Source of the DNA: a virus
Virus record (IMG/VR): IMGVR_UViG_3300049427_000004
Coordinates: 64,001-128,000 of that record
Strand: one strand, 5' to 3'
Length of the DNA: 64,000 nucleotides
Shown here: positions 9,309-18,467 of the stretch, one piece after another
Numbering within the stretch: position 1 is the stretch's first letter
Layout: every line of letters starts with the position of its first letter
Notes under the pieces: generated by a model
The model's database searches: none
What the model saw: only the letters and a program-made list of their open reading frames with translations
Told to the model about the DNA's origin: nothing
Position numbers and translations under genes: made by a program

Positions 9309-9977
9309 TTAACGATACTCATAGTTATCTCTTCTAAAAGAAAGATATAGCAGAATGAGAGTTGAAACAATTAATACGAAAACAAAGATAAGTATTAAGT
9401 GAACATTATTATCATGATGCATACAAATATAGAGAACTCCACTTATAATTAAGATCAATGATACAGTAGCTGTTAGAAATTTTGTGTGTCCACCTTTATC
9501 CAAAGTAAAAGAAAAACCACTTTTACTCCAAATAATGTACAAAGATATTGTTGTTATAAGTGCAGCGTTAATGCTTTGTGTGAAGTAAGCTTTAGTTGAA
9601 AAGGAAGACATTAAATCATTTTCCGTTAGAACTCCGTAATGTAAAAATAATAATACAAGTACTGTTTGAATTAATGTAACTATAACTATTCCTACAGAAG
9701 AAGTGATAAGCATATGTAACTTCTTTTTCTTTGTGATTATAAACAAGAGAATCCAAATTATAAGAAGGTTTATGATTATTGGAGAGACAAAATCGTAAAC
9801 ATTAAATACTACTAGAAGGTATGTGAGAAATGTTGAACCGAGTGTGAGTATTACTAGTTCTTTTTTATAATAAGCAGGATACATATTAAAAAACGCTAAG
9901 ATAAAGAGAAACAAACTAAAATACTCTAGAGAGCTAAAAAACATATACCCTGCAAAATTCACAAAATGATCAACCAT
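9309..9977 (-). CDS. Multi-pass membrane protein resembling an AgrC-type sensor domain, without kinase domain
   Basis: About 7 hydrophobic segments over 222 aa, ends right after the last TM segment; between agrB and the peptide gene. Confidence 0.7.
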   Translation of the reverse strand: MVDHFVNFAGYMFFSSLEYFSLFLFILAFFNMYPAYYKKELVILTLGSTFLTYLLVVFNVYDFVSPIIINLLIIWILLFIITKKKKLHMLITSSVGIVIVTLIQTVLVLLFLHYGVLTENDLMSSFSTKAYFTQSINAALITTISLYIIWSKSGFSFTLDKGGHTKFLTATVSLILIISGVLYICMHHDNNVHLILIFVFVLIVSTLILLYLSFRRDNYEYR

Positions 9978-9983
9978 CTTCTT

Positions 9984-10508
9984 CTACCGCCTCTTCACTC
10001 TTATTAAATCAAACCCTAAAACTAACCACATTGAAAGAAGGATTTCATTAACATAAAACGACATAACACAAAGTAATAAAGATATTATTTTCTTTGTGTA
10101 GAAGTGTTTTGATTCGTCATTGAAAGGTGCAAATATACTGTGCAAAACAATTGCAGTTATGAATGAAATAGTTGGATAATCTTGAACTATGTAGGATAAT
10201 GGAATCACTCCTAGTATAACTCCTATAGTTAAAAAGTAACAGATATCAACTGAAAAATGATGCCCACCATTCCACCATCTAATAAATGCAAATGAGATAA
10301 ATGACAAGAAAAGCTCTAACCATAATCCTGTTATCCACCCAAAGATTAAAAGTGTTAATGTAACTGCTATGTATAGAAGAATAATTTTCAATCTGTTTTG
10401 AATTTCCGTTAAGTCATTATTTTGTTTTTTTATATTTTCTTTTGTTTCATTTTCTAATTGATTCCAGATCCAACTTCCTATGTGTAAAGCTGCTCTTTTT
10501 AGTAGCAA
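9984..10508 (-). CDS. agrB: AgrB-family peptide-processing membrane protein
   Basis: IRWWNGGHHFSVDIC keeps the R-GG-H-x6-C catalytic motif; FAP motif; hydrophobic. Confidence 0.85.
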   Translation of the reverse strand: MLLKRAALHIGSWIWNQLENETKENIKKQNNDLTEIQNRLKIILLYIAVTLTLLIFGWITGLWLELFLSFISFAFIRWWNGGHHFSVDICYFLTIGVILGVIPLSYIVQDYPTISFITAIVLHSIFAPFNDESKHFYTKKIISLLLCVMSFYVNEILLSMWLVLGFDLIRVKRR

Positions 10509-10533
10509 TTTTGCATCCCCTTCCGATGTACCT

Positions 10534-10563
10534 AATATATCATGTATTTACTATTCAAGTCAA
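10534..10563 (-). promoter_or_regulatory. SigA-type promoter of the agr-like operon
   Basis: TTGACT-N18-TATATT with extended -10 TG. Confidence 0.55.
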
Positions 10564-10599
10564 CGTTTTTTATTTAAATATATCATATTTTGTTTATAT

Positions 10600-10631
10600 A
10601 AAAAAAGAAAACCCTAGATCAATATCTAGGG
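10600..10631 (-). terminator. Intrinsic terminator after the mrpR-like gene
   Basis: CCCTAGAT/ATCTAGGG stem plus T-tract on the minus strand. Confidence 0.7.
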
Positions 10632-11600
10632 CAATTGATAAACACTTTTCAGAACTTCTTCATTTAAAACGTCCTGTTTTAGACGATATAAATCACCCTC
10701 GGTCTTGTCGTTAAATCGATCCATAATCATGTCATAGTGCTCATCCACTATTTGATTATTATTGGACACGTATAGCTCTTTTAAATAATAGAGCATACCG
10801 CTCTTCGCAATATTAGCTGGTGTGAATGCAGGTTCGTCGATGCTTTTTGCAATTCTAGCCAGTGCGCTATATACAATGCTTACTCTGGCTTCATTGAAGC
10901 TTTTTACGCGAGTTTTTGCTGTACGAATTATATAATTATTTTCAACTAAAGTTGTGAATTCTGACTTTATATCAGCTGCTGGATCTCCATTTGCTTTGTG
11001 ATACCGTTCTTCATTGTAAGCGTTCATACAGATATCAATAGTTTCTTCTGGAACAGGTATGGTTCTACTAAGAGTGTTATCATCATGTAGATGAAGTCTG
11101 TGATTCGCAATATCTATGCTTTCTCTTTGTAAATTTAGTAATTCAGAACCACCTGTGCCCATCACGCCCTGAAAAATCAATTCAATTATCGCTTTATCTC
11201 GATGATTTACTCTGCCTCTGATTATTTTATTGATTTCGTCTCTAGTCCAAAACCTTTTCAGTACTTTGTTCGCGAACATTTGCTTCCACTCAGTATCAAC
11301 GAAGTCTAAAGGGTTAGTTCCAGTCTTATATCCAAGTTCTAAATTCCAATCAATATATTTCGATACATATGCTACGTTTGCCCCACTGGAAGCTTTTGTG
11401 GCTGGTCTAAAGAGATAAAATAGCTTCAATAGATCATCACGATTGAAATCAGCTAAGTCCTTATCGAGTTGTTCTTCAAGAGGTTGAGACACTTTAAAGA
11501 TTCTTGCGTTAATTTCTCTCGTTCCCTTGCTTTTAGTTGCCAGATATTCAAATTTGCGGTCTTGATTATATAGTCGGTCTTCATAGACAACATTAGACAT
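10626..11600 (-). CDS. MrpR (YopR)-like lytic-cycle repressor, degenerate tyrosine-recombinase fold
   Basis: 324 aa; integrase-like layout with catalytic R and HxxR replaced (GTGGSELL, NIAKSG); follows a YopQ-like gene as in SPbeta; recognised by eye. Confidence 0.72.
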   Translation of the reverse strand: MSNVVYEDRLYNQDRKFEYLATKSKGTREINARIFKVSQPLEEQLDKDLADFNRDDLLKLFYLFRPATKASSGANVAYVSKYIDWNLELGYKTGTNPLDFVDTEWKQMFANKVLKRFWTRDEINKIIRGRVNHRDKAIIELIFQGVMGTGGSELLNLQRESIDIANHRLHLHDDNTLSRTIPVPEETIDICMNAYNEERYHKANGDPAADIKSEFTTLVENNYIIRTAKTRVKSFNEARVSIVYSALARIAKSIDEPAFTPANIAKSGMLYYLKELYVSNNNQIVDEHYDMIMDRFNDKTEGDLYRLKQDVLNEEVLKSVYQLP

Positions 11601-11621
11601 TTAAATTTCTCCTCACGAAAT

Positions 11622-12968
11622 TTATTCAAACATGCTTCTTAATTCTTCTTGAAAATACTTTCTAATCAATTCTTTACTTTGGTTGGAATTTCTATTTCCT
11701 TGCTCTAGCATAATTTTGTCTAGTTTATTACCAGTTCCTTTTGTATAGTCAATCGTTTCAATTCCTTGAGTAATTAGACTAACAGGAAATTCTAATGATC
11801 CATTATATTTGTCGTAAATCAATTTTGCTAAAATCATAAATCCGCAGTGCATATTGTGATGATTAAACCAGCTTACAGAACGTCTTTTTTTCATGTCTGT
11901 TTTAAAATCTTCTGGGTATGCAGACAAGAAATATCCATAAAACTTTTTCAAGAAATCAGAAATCTCATACATCTCTTTTGTGCTTTCTGGTTTAAAGGTA
12001 ATATTTATTGAGTCAGCAAGTATTGAGTAGTTTGTGATCATATTCAAAGTCTTGCTTACAGTAGTCTTATCTGTTTCTACTCTATCTCTTAGTTCTGGAA
12101 TTTGAATCAAGTTTTTGGTTACTAGACCACCGAAAGAGTCATCTGTATTAAATCTTACTAAGTTCTTATCAAAGCGATTGACAGTATTCAATAATCCGAT
12201 ATGGTAACGAGCCATATTTAAATCATAATTACGAATCGAAACTTCAAATGATCCTTCTAAATCAGGATTCTCTTCCAAAGCTGCCATGGTTCCCATCAAA
12301 CGGTGCATGCCGTCTACAATGTTGAGGTTCGTTCCCTCTTCAATAATCAAATCCCCATCTTCGTATTCATAATTGTCATTTCCATCTGCAAGTATGTTGA
12401 AAGTTAATGTTGACTTAAGAAATTTACCTTCAAGCATTAATCTTGCGATATTATTCACGCTCTTTTTTATTACTGTAGGAGTTTTTTTGATGTTTCCTTT
12501 TGCCATTAACTTTTTCTTAGGTGCTCTTTGTGTTTCATAGTTATACGTCAAAAGACCTGCGTTCCATATCTTTTTAAGTTCTTGGTAAGTGATTAATGTT
12601 AAAAATTCATTGTGAGATGCTCTCAGTACACCTTCAATGACATAGGGAAATTCAAACCTGTCCTCTTGTTTCAGTTTAAGTTTTAATCCTTTTTGAATTT
12701 CTTTCTCGCTAAAAAATAATGTTGGAGCAATTCTTTCGTCTTTAGCAATCACATGCATTGCATGAATAATACAAATTAATTCTTCTTGGGTCAAGAAATT
12801 CAGTTTTTCATTATCATTCATGACTTGATCAAAAGTACCAAAAGTCATTTTGTGCTTCTGTGCGAGATATTCATCGATTTCTCTCAATTTGTCCTTATCT
12901 TTTGTCAAATCTGCAAACACTTCATTTATTGATTCTAAGATGTCTTTCTCTTGTGCTACTTCGCTCAT
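11622..12968 (-). CDS. YopQ-like DndB/DGQHR (ParB-like) domain protein
   Basis: IVDGMHRL motif; size and position next to the MrpR-like gene. Confidence 0.65.
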   Translation of the reverse strand: MSEVAQEKDILESINEVFADLTKDKDKLREIDEYLAQKHKMTFGTFDQVMNDNEKLNFLTQEELICIIHAMHVIAKDERIAPTLFFSEKEIQKGLKLKLKQEDRFEFPYVIEGVLRASHNEFLTLITYQELKKIWNAGLLTYNYETQRAPKKKLMAKGNIKKTPTVIKKSVNNIARLMLEGKFLKSTLTFNILADGNDNYEYEDGDLIIEEGTNLNIVDGMHRLMGTMAALEENPDLEGSFEVSIRNYDLNMARYHIGLLNTVNRFDKNLVRFNTDDSFGGLVTKNLIQIPELRDRVETDKTTVSKTLNMITNYSILADSINITFKPESTKEMYEISDFLKKFYGYFLSAYPEDFKTDMKKRRSVSWFNHHNMHCGFMILAKLIYDKYNGSLEFPVSLITQGIETIDYTKGTGNKLDKIMLEQGNRNSNQSKELIRKYFQEELRSMFE

Positions 12969-13217
12969 TTAAACATCTCCTCTGGTTTCACATTTATACG
13001 TTCATTAAACTGCGCAAACATTCTTACTTTAAATATTAACATATTAAGTGCAAAAAATACATAGCTGTTGCTTTGATTAAAAGCAAAAACTACATATTCT
13101 CTAACCACACATTCATTTTTGAGTCTTATACATAAAGTCCTAAAAAGTAACTCTGATAAAGTCAATGTTTATTAAGGGTTTTACGAAGACAAAAAGACGA
13201 TGAATTTCCTCTTTCAT

Positions 13218-14072
13218 CTACTCAAGAAACTCCACAAACACTGGAGTCATCATATTCCCACTTCTCAAAAATCCTCTATGCTTTACTCTACACTTTATCA
13301 CTGGTTGAATCCAAACACTATTTTCGTTCTCACCAGTTTTCAATGTTTCAGCTAAAGGATAAAACTCCTTTTTCTGTTTTGGCGAAATTCCAAACTCAAC
13401 AAAACCTTTTCCTTCATCATTTTTTAGATACCAACCTACACTATCTTTCCTATAACCAGTTATTACACAGTCTGAGTAATACCAGTTAATAATCTTGTAG
13501 AAAACGTCTTTTGGTCTTTTACCAGCCTGATATCGTGAATCTAGACGTTTGGCTACCATACCCTCCAGTTCATGCTGTTTGATTATCTCAAAAAGTATTT
13601 TCCCTTTCTCTGCTACATAAACAACTTTAGTCATATGTGGTTGATTCTCAACAACTTTATCTAAAATTTGTTTGCGCTCCAATAAAGGTAAATTCAAAAT
13701 AGACTTATTTTTATTAAATAGAATATCAAAAACAATAAATGTCGTTGGAAACTTTTTTACTGCAAATTCAACACTGATACTCTTCTTACTTGTTATTCGA
13801 CTCATTACAGCTTCGAAATCCTCTTTTAATGGGTTTTCTGGATCATAACAGACTAATTCTCCATCCAAAATAATACCCTTATCAACCTTAAGAGAAGTGA
13901 TTTCAGGTAAACTTGAAGTTATGTCATTACCATGACGAGTAAAGAGTTTAATTCCATTTTCAGAACTAATCAATTCCAGTCTAACTCCATTTGCTTTGGG
14001 TTCAAAAATAAATTTACTTGAATCAAAAGGAGTTTCACGACTATCAAGTAGCATAGGTTCAATGAACTTCAT
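13218..14072 (-). CDS. ATP-dependent DNA ligase (LigD ligase-domain type)
   Basis: EPKANGVR motif I, LDGELV, FDIL, EGMVAKRLDSRY. Confidence 0.9.
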   Translation of the reverse strand: MKFIEPMLLDSRETPFDSSKFIFEPKANGVRLELISSENGIKLFTRHGNDITSSLPEITSLKVDKGIILDGELVCYDPENPLKEDFEAVMSRITSKKSISVEFAVKKFPTTFIVFDILFNKNKSILNLPLLERKQILDKVVENQPHMTKVVYVAEKGKILFEIIKQHELEGMVAKRLDSRYQAGKRPKDVFYKIINWYYSDCVITGYRKDSVGWYLKNDEGKGFVEFGISPKQKKEFYPLAETLKTGENENSVWIQPVIKCRVKHRGFLRSGNMMTPVFVEFLE

Positions 14073-14908
14073 ATAGTTGCTTTCCTTTGTGTTAATTTCT
14101 TCTTAGTTCTTGGCGCTGTTTCTTCAGAAGGGACTATGAGAGGTTTCTTTGTTTTTTCAATTGAAGCCTGAAGCATATCCATTAAATTCGAACCTTCAGA
14201 CTCATTAGAACCAATTTTATCGACTTGATCATCTTCAATTTTTGCATTAATCAAAGTCATCAAATCTGACCTATATTCATTTTGATATTTTGTTGGATCA
14301 AATGAAACTGTCAGCTGCTCTATTAATAACTTTGCTACACTAAGTTCTCTTTCATCAACAGCTTCCTCGGAAATGTTAGGTACATTCTCTACTGGTCTTA
14401 CTTCATCTGGAAAATGAATGGTTTCTAGAATGATTGATTTTTTATATGTCCGTATAACGGCTAGTTGCTGATTTGAGCGCATTGTAATCTTGGCTATACC
14501 AACCTTGTTTGTGTCAGTTAAAACTCTCCTCAAGAGCGAATAGGCACGTTTATGACCATCTTCTGGTGATAGGTAATAACTGTTGTTGAAGTATATAGGA
14601 TCGATCTCTTCAATTTTAATAAAATCAACAACTTCTACATTCTTAGCCTCATATTTATTTTTAAGTTCTTGAATCTCACTATCATCAATAACAACATACT
14701 TATCTTTTGCATATTCATATCCTTTAACTACATTTCCGTCAGCAATAATTATATCTTTTTCAGATGTGGTTTTTACTTGTTTTATTGGTTCGAGCGTGTC
14801 CTTTTGGAGATTTTTAAATTTTATGTCCTTGTCCTCAACAGCACTATGTAACTTCACACTTATGTTTAGAAGACCAAAAGAAATATTCCCTTTCCAAAAT
14901 GTGTGCAT
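14069..14908 (-). CDS. ku: Ku NHEJ DNA end-binding protein
   Basis: WKGNISFGLLNISVKL, KGYEY, IDPIYFNNSYYL, TIHFPDEVR motifs. Confidence 0.92.
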   Translation of the reverse strand: MHTFWKGNISFGLLNISVKLHSAVEDKDIKFKNLQKDTLEPIKQVKTTSEKDIIIADGNVVKGYEYAKDKYVVIDDSEIQELKNKYEAKNVEVVDFIKIEEIDPIYFNNSYYLSPEDGHKRAYSLLRRVLTDTNKVGIAKITMRSNQQLAVIRTYKKSIILETIHFPDEVRPVENVPNISEEAVDERELSVAKLLIEQLTVSFDPTKYQNEYRSDLMTLINAKIEDDQVDKIGSNESEGSNLMDMLQASIEKTKKPLIVPSEETAPRTKKKLTQRKATI

Positions 14909-14935
14909 AAAAATACCACCCTTCAGTTTTACATT

Positions 14936-14965
14936 TAGGATGGTCTGGTTTTTTATCAAATATTC
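14936..14965 (-). promoter_or_regulatory. SigG-type forespore promoter of ku-ligase
   Basis: GAATA-N18-CATCCTA fits GHATR-N17/18-CATHHTA. Confidence 0.6.
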
Positions 14966-15020
14966 AATTACGCCTTTATTAATTCTTAATACATTTCTTT
15001 ATTTCAAAGTTACTCAAATA

Positions 15021-15857
15021 TCAATTACTTTGGAAAAAAGTAAAAGAATAATCTGGCTTATTCTTAAAGTTCTTTTTATCGTTCTTCTTTAAGTGTTCCC
15101 AATCCTCGTTCGGATAGAGAAAATTCAAAACTTTGAAAGGGCTGCCTCGGAAAAAATAATGATAAAATTGACTAAGGCCATTTTCTTCAAACACTCTTTT
15201 GGTTGTTCCTGTTTTAATTTGGTCATCTGTCCAAATTAACTTTTCCTTAAATAGCCAGTGAAGTGCCGACTTAATATCTTCTTCACTCCAGTGTTCCATT
15301 GTACCACCAGTGAATTCCCAAATTTTTAGATGGTACTCGGGAAAACAGTATATGAGTAATGAAAATGCACTTGAGCGCATTCTGCCAGTTGCTTTATAGA
15401 GTTCCTGTTTTCTAAATTGAACCATTGCCTCATTGTAGCGTGTTTCTTTTATCATTCCACTATTGAAATTTTCAACTAAATCCTCTCGACTCCACTTCAA
15501 TTCCTCAACAATAAAAAACCTAATAGCTTCTTTAATTGTATTCTCATCCCAGTAAGTTGGGGGAACAGCTCTCAATTCCCAAGCCTTAATTTCCCACTCT
15601 GGAAAAACATCATTTACAATATTTAATGTGTGGTAATTGTAAAATATTTGAGCAGGAGTTGCCAGCCTCCACTTTTTTAAAAATTGGAAGCTCATTTCAT
15701 TAACAAATTCATTTCTGTCATATTTCAACTTCTCAAAAACAAGATATCGTAAACATCTATGAAAATTATCAAGCCCCCCATTTTCCCAAGTTCCCTGAGT
15801 AAATTTAATTCGCTCTTTGTTTATTATTTGCTCGTACATATCAATTAAAGTTAACAT
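15021..15857 (-). CDS. DUF4046-like repeat protein
   Basis: Repeated W-x-E-x-x-IK-x-A-x-x-W/F units, ending SPFKVLNFLYP. Confidence 0.6.
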   Translation of the reverse strand: MLTLIDMYEQIINKERIKFTQGTWENGGLDNFHRCLRYLVFEKLKYDRNEFVNEMSFQFLKKWRLATPAQIFYNYHTLNIVNDVFPEWEIKAWELRAVPPTYWDENTIKEAIRFFIVEELKWSREDLVENFNSGMIKETRYNEAMVQFRKQELYKATGRMRSSAFSLLIYCFPEYHLKIWEFTGGTMEHWSEEDIKSALHWLFKEKLIWTDDQIKTGTTKRVFEENGLSQFYHYFFRGSPFKVLNFLYPNEDWEHLKKNDKKNFKNKPDYSFTFFQSN

Positions 15858-15892
15858 ACATATTCGCTCCCAACACGAACTACTTCGTCATT

Positions 15893-16222
15893 TTATTCAA
15901 AGTAATCATCTAGAGCATTTTTGATTACATTCATAGCCTCTTTTATAGACCTCTGTACGAGAAGATTTGATTTCATTTCTTCATAATCTTCTCCGCAATA
16001 TTCAACTTGAATTTGCCCCTTATCATTTCGAACTACTCCTGATACTGTCGCGACAACTTCCCAATTTTCATTAAATCTCGTCCAGTTTTCATGCTCTATA
16101 TCACATTCTTCATCATATATTTCCCATGCCTGTATCGCAATAGAACATTTGAATTCAAACTCATCTGATTCACTATAGTAGTCTAGTGAATCAGATATTT
16201 CAACTTTAGTCCATACTTTCAA
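15893..16222 (-). CDS. Hypothetical acidic protein
   Basis: AGGAGG RBS before TTG. Confidence 0.6.
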   Translation of the reverse strand: MKVWTKVEISDSLDYYSESDEFEFKCSIAIQAWEIYDEECDIEHENWTRFNENWEVVATVSGVVRNDKGQIQVEYCGEDYEEMKSNLLVQRSIKEAMNVIKNALDDYFE

Positions 16223-16249
16223 ATTATTTCCTCCTACGAAATCATCGTT

Positions 16250-16486
16250 TCAACAACTTCTAATTGAGTCTAGAATTATCATACTCCCTCCAAAAGCATC
16301 CATATCATCGTCCCAATAGATAGCACCAATTTTTGTTTCATTTTCCCAAGCCTCAATGCTAAAATTACATTCTTTTTCTAAAACACTCATTTTCATTGAT
16401 AGAGCCTTTGAGATATCTTTTGTCACTAGTTCAATAAAAGTCTCATCTGCTCCGTCCGCTCTTACTAAGTAAATCAATATTATCAC
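16250..16486 (-). CDS. Hypothetical protein
   Basis: ORF between two junction palindromes. Confidence 0.55.
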   Translation of the reverse strand: MIILIYLVRADGADETFIELVTKDISKALSMKMSVLEKECNFSIEAWENETKIGAIYWDDDMDAFGGSMIILDSIRSC

Positions 16487-16500
16487 ATCCTATAAATCCG

Positions 16501-16806
16501 TTATTTAATTGCCTGTATGTTTGTGACTGACAAAATAAAAGCAGCATAATTAAATATTCGATTCTTCTGTTCAGGGCTGATAGATTTTCCTTTATAGGAA
16601 AAATTAATATGAGTTACAGGTGTAGATAATTCACTATGACCCTGTGCTTCCACAACTTTAAAATCATCAAGTGATTCAATAAATCTGTATCCATTGTCAT
16701 ATAGTTTGTCAAATGATTCTAACAACAGGTCATCACTCATATGATCACTCCTTCTTCTTTCTTGGTTTCTTAAATAATGTTTTAGATAAGTCATACGGAT
16801 CGACAT
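16501..16806 (-). CDS. Hypothetical protein (true start may be internal, MSDDLL)
   Basis: ORF track; internal AGGAG RBS. Confidence 0.45.
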   Translation of the reverse strand: MSIRMTYLKHYLRNQERRRSDHMSDDLLLESFDKLYDNGYRFIESLDDFKVVEAQGHSELSTPVTHINFSYKGKSISPEQKNRIFNYAAFILSVTNIQAIK

Positions 16807-17041
16807 CTCTTCTCGTTGTCTTGTGATCTTTTGTATAAATCAAAAGTTTCATCTCACAGTTAATTACTTTCACTTGAAATTCACTCATATACTTCTTACA
16901 CCAAATAAGCCCTGATTCTTCCCTTGGGTTATAGTGTGTTGTAATTTTAAAGTCATTGACGTAAATTTCAAATCTCAAGTTGTAATTAAAACTCAAATTA
17001 CTATTTCCTCCTTGGAGCTTCGTCGCGAATTTATTATGCAA
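16745..17041 (-). CDS. Hypothetical basic protein
   Basis: ORF track; AAGGAGG RBS suggests a start at MSFNYN. Confidence 0.45.
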   Translation of the reverse strand: MHNKFATKLQGGNSNLSFNYNLRFEIYVNDFKITTHYNPREESGLIWCKKYMSEFQVKVINCEMKLLIYTKDHKTTRRDVDPYDLSKTLFKKPRKKKE

Positions 17042-17089
17042 TCCTTGATTCTATTTGATTAAATTACGCAATTGATTTATACTACTATA

Positions 17090-17210
17090 CGCCACTCTCG
17101 TCTGAGAGCCGCCAAAAGATTTTTCCATACTACCATAAGCCATGGTTATGGTTTTTATCCTTTTGGAAAGTTAGCTGGGTTGCAGATAAGTTGCAATCTG
17201 GCTTTCTTTT
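17090..17210 (+). ncRNA. Candidate small RNA
   Basis: TTGATT-N17-TATACT (17055-17083) upstream, terminator hairpin 17174-17202 plus T-tract, no RBS-led ORF. Confidence 0.4.
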
Positions 17211-17236
17211 ATTATTGGAAGTTCTATCTTAAAGCT

Positions 17237-17731
17237 TTACAATTTTTTAAGTAGATAATTTTGCTGACTAACTGGCATATTCTTAAATAATGTAACCAGA
17301 AGTTTTTTCATTTCTTCTGTGTCCATTTTTTCTACGTTTTTAGTAAACAGATTATGATTAATCTCTCTTTGTTTAGAATTTGGTGCTATCTCTCCTAAAT
17401 CGAAATAATTTAAAATGTGGTTAATGATTAATGTCTGTGCTCCTTCTCCTATTGATCTAAGACGCACCAAATCAAAAAATCTAAGGTTTAATAATCCTTC
17501 TAGAGTTTTAACAGGTTGGACATCATTGACTCCAGACATGAGTGAACCTAGTGCTCGATTTTCATTTGGTGTTCTATTTTCACCAAACAAGTCAACCAGA
17601 GTAATATGTGAATATTCTCCTTGTATATCCAATAGCTCTTTAAATGTTTTATTATCGTAGTTCTTATAAAAATAATTAAAAGTGTAATTGCCCAATGTTG
17701 TCATTCTCCTTTGAATAAAATTCATAATCAT
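17237..17731 (-). CDS. Protein with an RNA polymerase alpha-CTD-like HhH region
   Basis: RALGSL...KTLEGLLNLRFFDLVRLRSIGEGAQTLI resembles RSYNCL...TVQEL...EDMMKVRNLGRKS. Confidence 0.5.
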   Translation of the reverse strand: MIMNFIQRRMTTLGNYTFNYFYKNYDNKTFKELLDIQGEYSHITLVDLFGENRTPNENRALGSLMSGVNDVQPVKTLEGLLNLRFFDLVRLRSIGEGAQTLIINHILNYFDLGEIAPNSKQREINHNLFTKNVEKMDTEEMKKLLVTLFKNMPVSQQNYLLKKL

Positions 17732-17987
17732 TTAATTTTTCAAGAACATCATCAAGATTTTTCGAATCATTCATAGCTGCTTTCATTGAAAGTCAGTTAT
17801 TAATGCACATTACGTTGAGATCCCTGCAAATTCTTAATCTCAAGATTCAGTTGTTTTACACGTTCGTTGATCAATCGTTCGATATATATGTTATCATGCT
17901 TGAAATTAATTAGTGAGTCCAATTCTCTTAGGCATTCATTTAATTTAACTTGCGTATAATTTATGCTCATTCTGTCACCTCGTAAAT

Positions 17988-18431
17988 TCAGGTTTTCTTT
18001 TGTTTAGACAATTCAAGTAGAATATTGTCATATATATTTCTTAGTCTTACCGAGTTGTAAGCTGGATAAGATTCAAAGTCATTTTTACTCTTATTTTGTA
18101 TTGCTATAGCATCATACCAATTCCTACGTTTGGTTATTACGACTTCTTCATTTACATCTGGAAATTGATCGGCAGTCAAATCTATAATAATATCATGATA
18201 CTCAAGCCATGCATGCGACTGTTCTCCTTTAAATCCCCAGACATAAATCACTTCAATTCCCTTTGAATTTAGATATTTAGAAAATAAATCACTTGTGTCA
18301 CCGCAGCACCCACGAGGATAATTATTGAACCAAGATGAATTGATAAACTTCTCTGATGGAATAGAAAGAATTGCTCTACGGAATGATATCCCTAACTCTC
18401 TTAAAGATTGAATTGTTACTTCATTGTTCAA
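17988..18431 (-). CDS. Papain/transglutaminase-fold protein with a Cys-His-Asp triad
   Basis: RGCCGDTS...SHAWLE...IIDLTADQF. Confidence 0.6.
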   Translation of the reverse strand: MNNEVTIQSLRELGISFRRAILSIPSEKFINSSWFNNYPRGCCGDTSDLFSKYLNSKGIEVIYVWGFKGEQSHAWLEYHDIIIDLTADQFPDVNEEVVITKRRNWYDAIAIQNKSKNDFESYPAYNSVRLRNIYDNILLELSKQKKT

Positions 18432-18467
18432 TATTGATCAGTCCTCTTTTTGTACTGATAAAACAAC

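Noticed and set aside
12965-13165. 66-aa ORF upstream of the yopQ-like gene
   Set aside because: No clear RBS and it overlaps a promoter-like motif; not supported either way.
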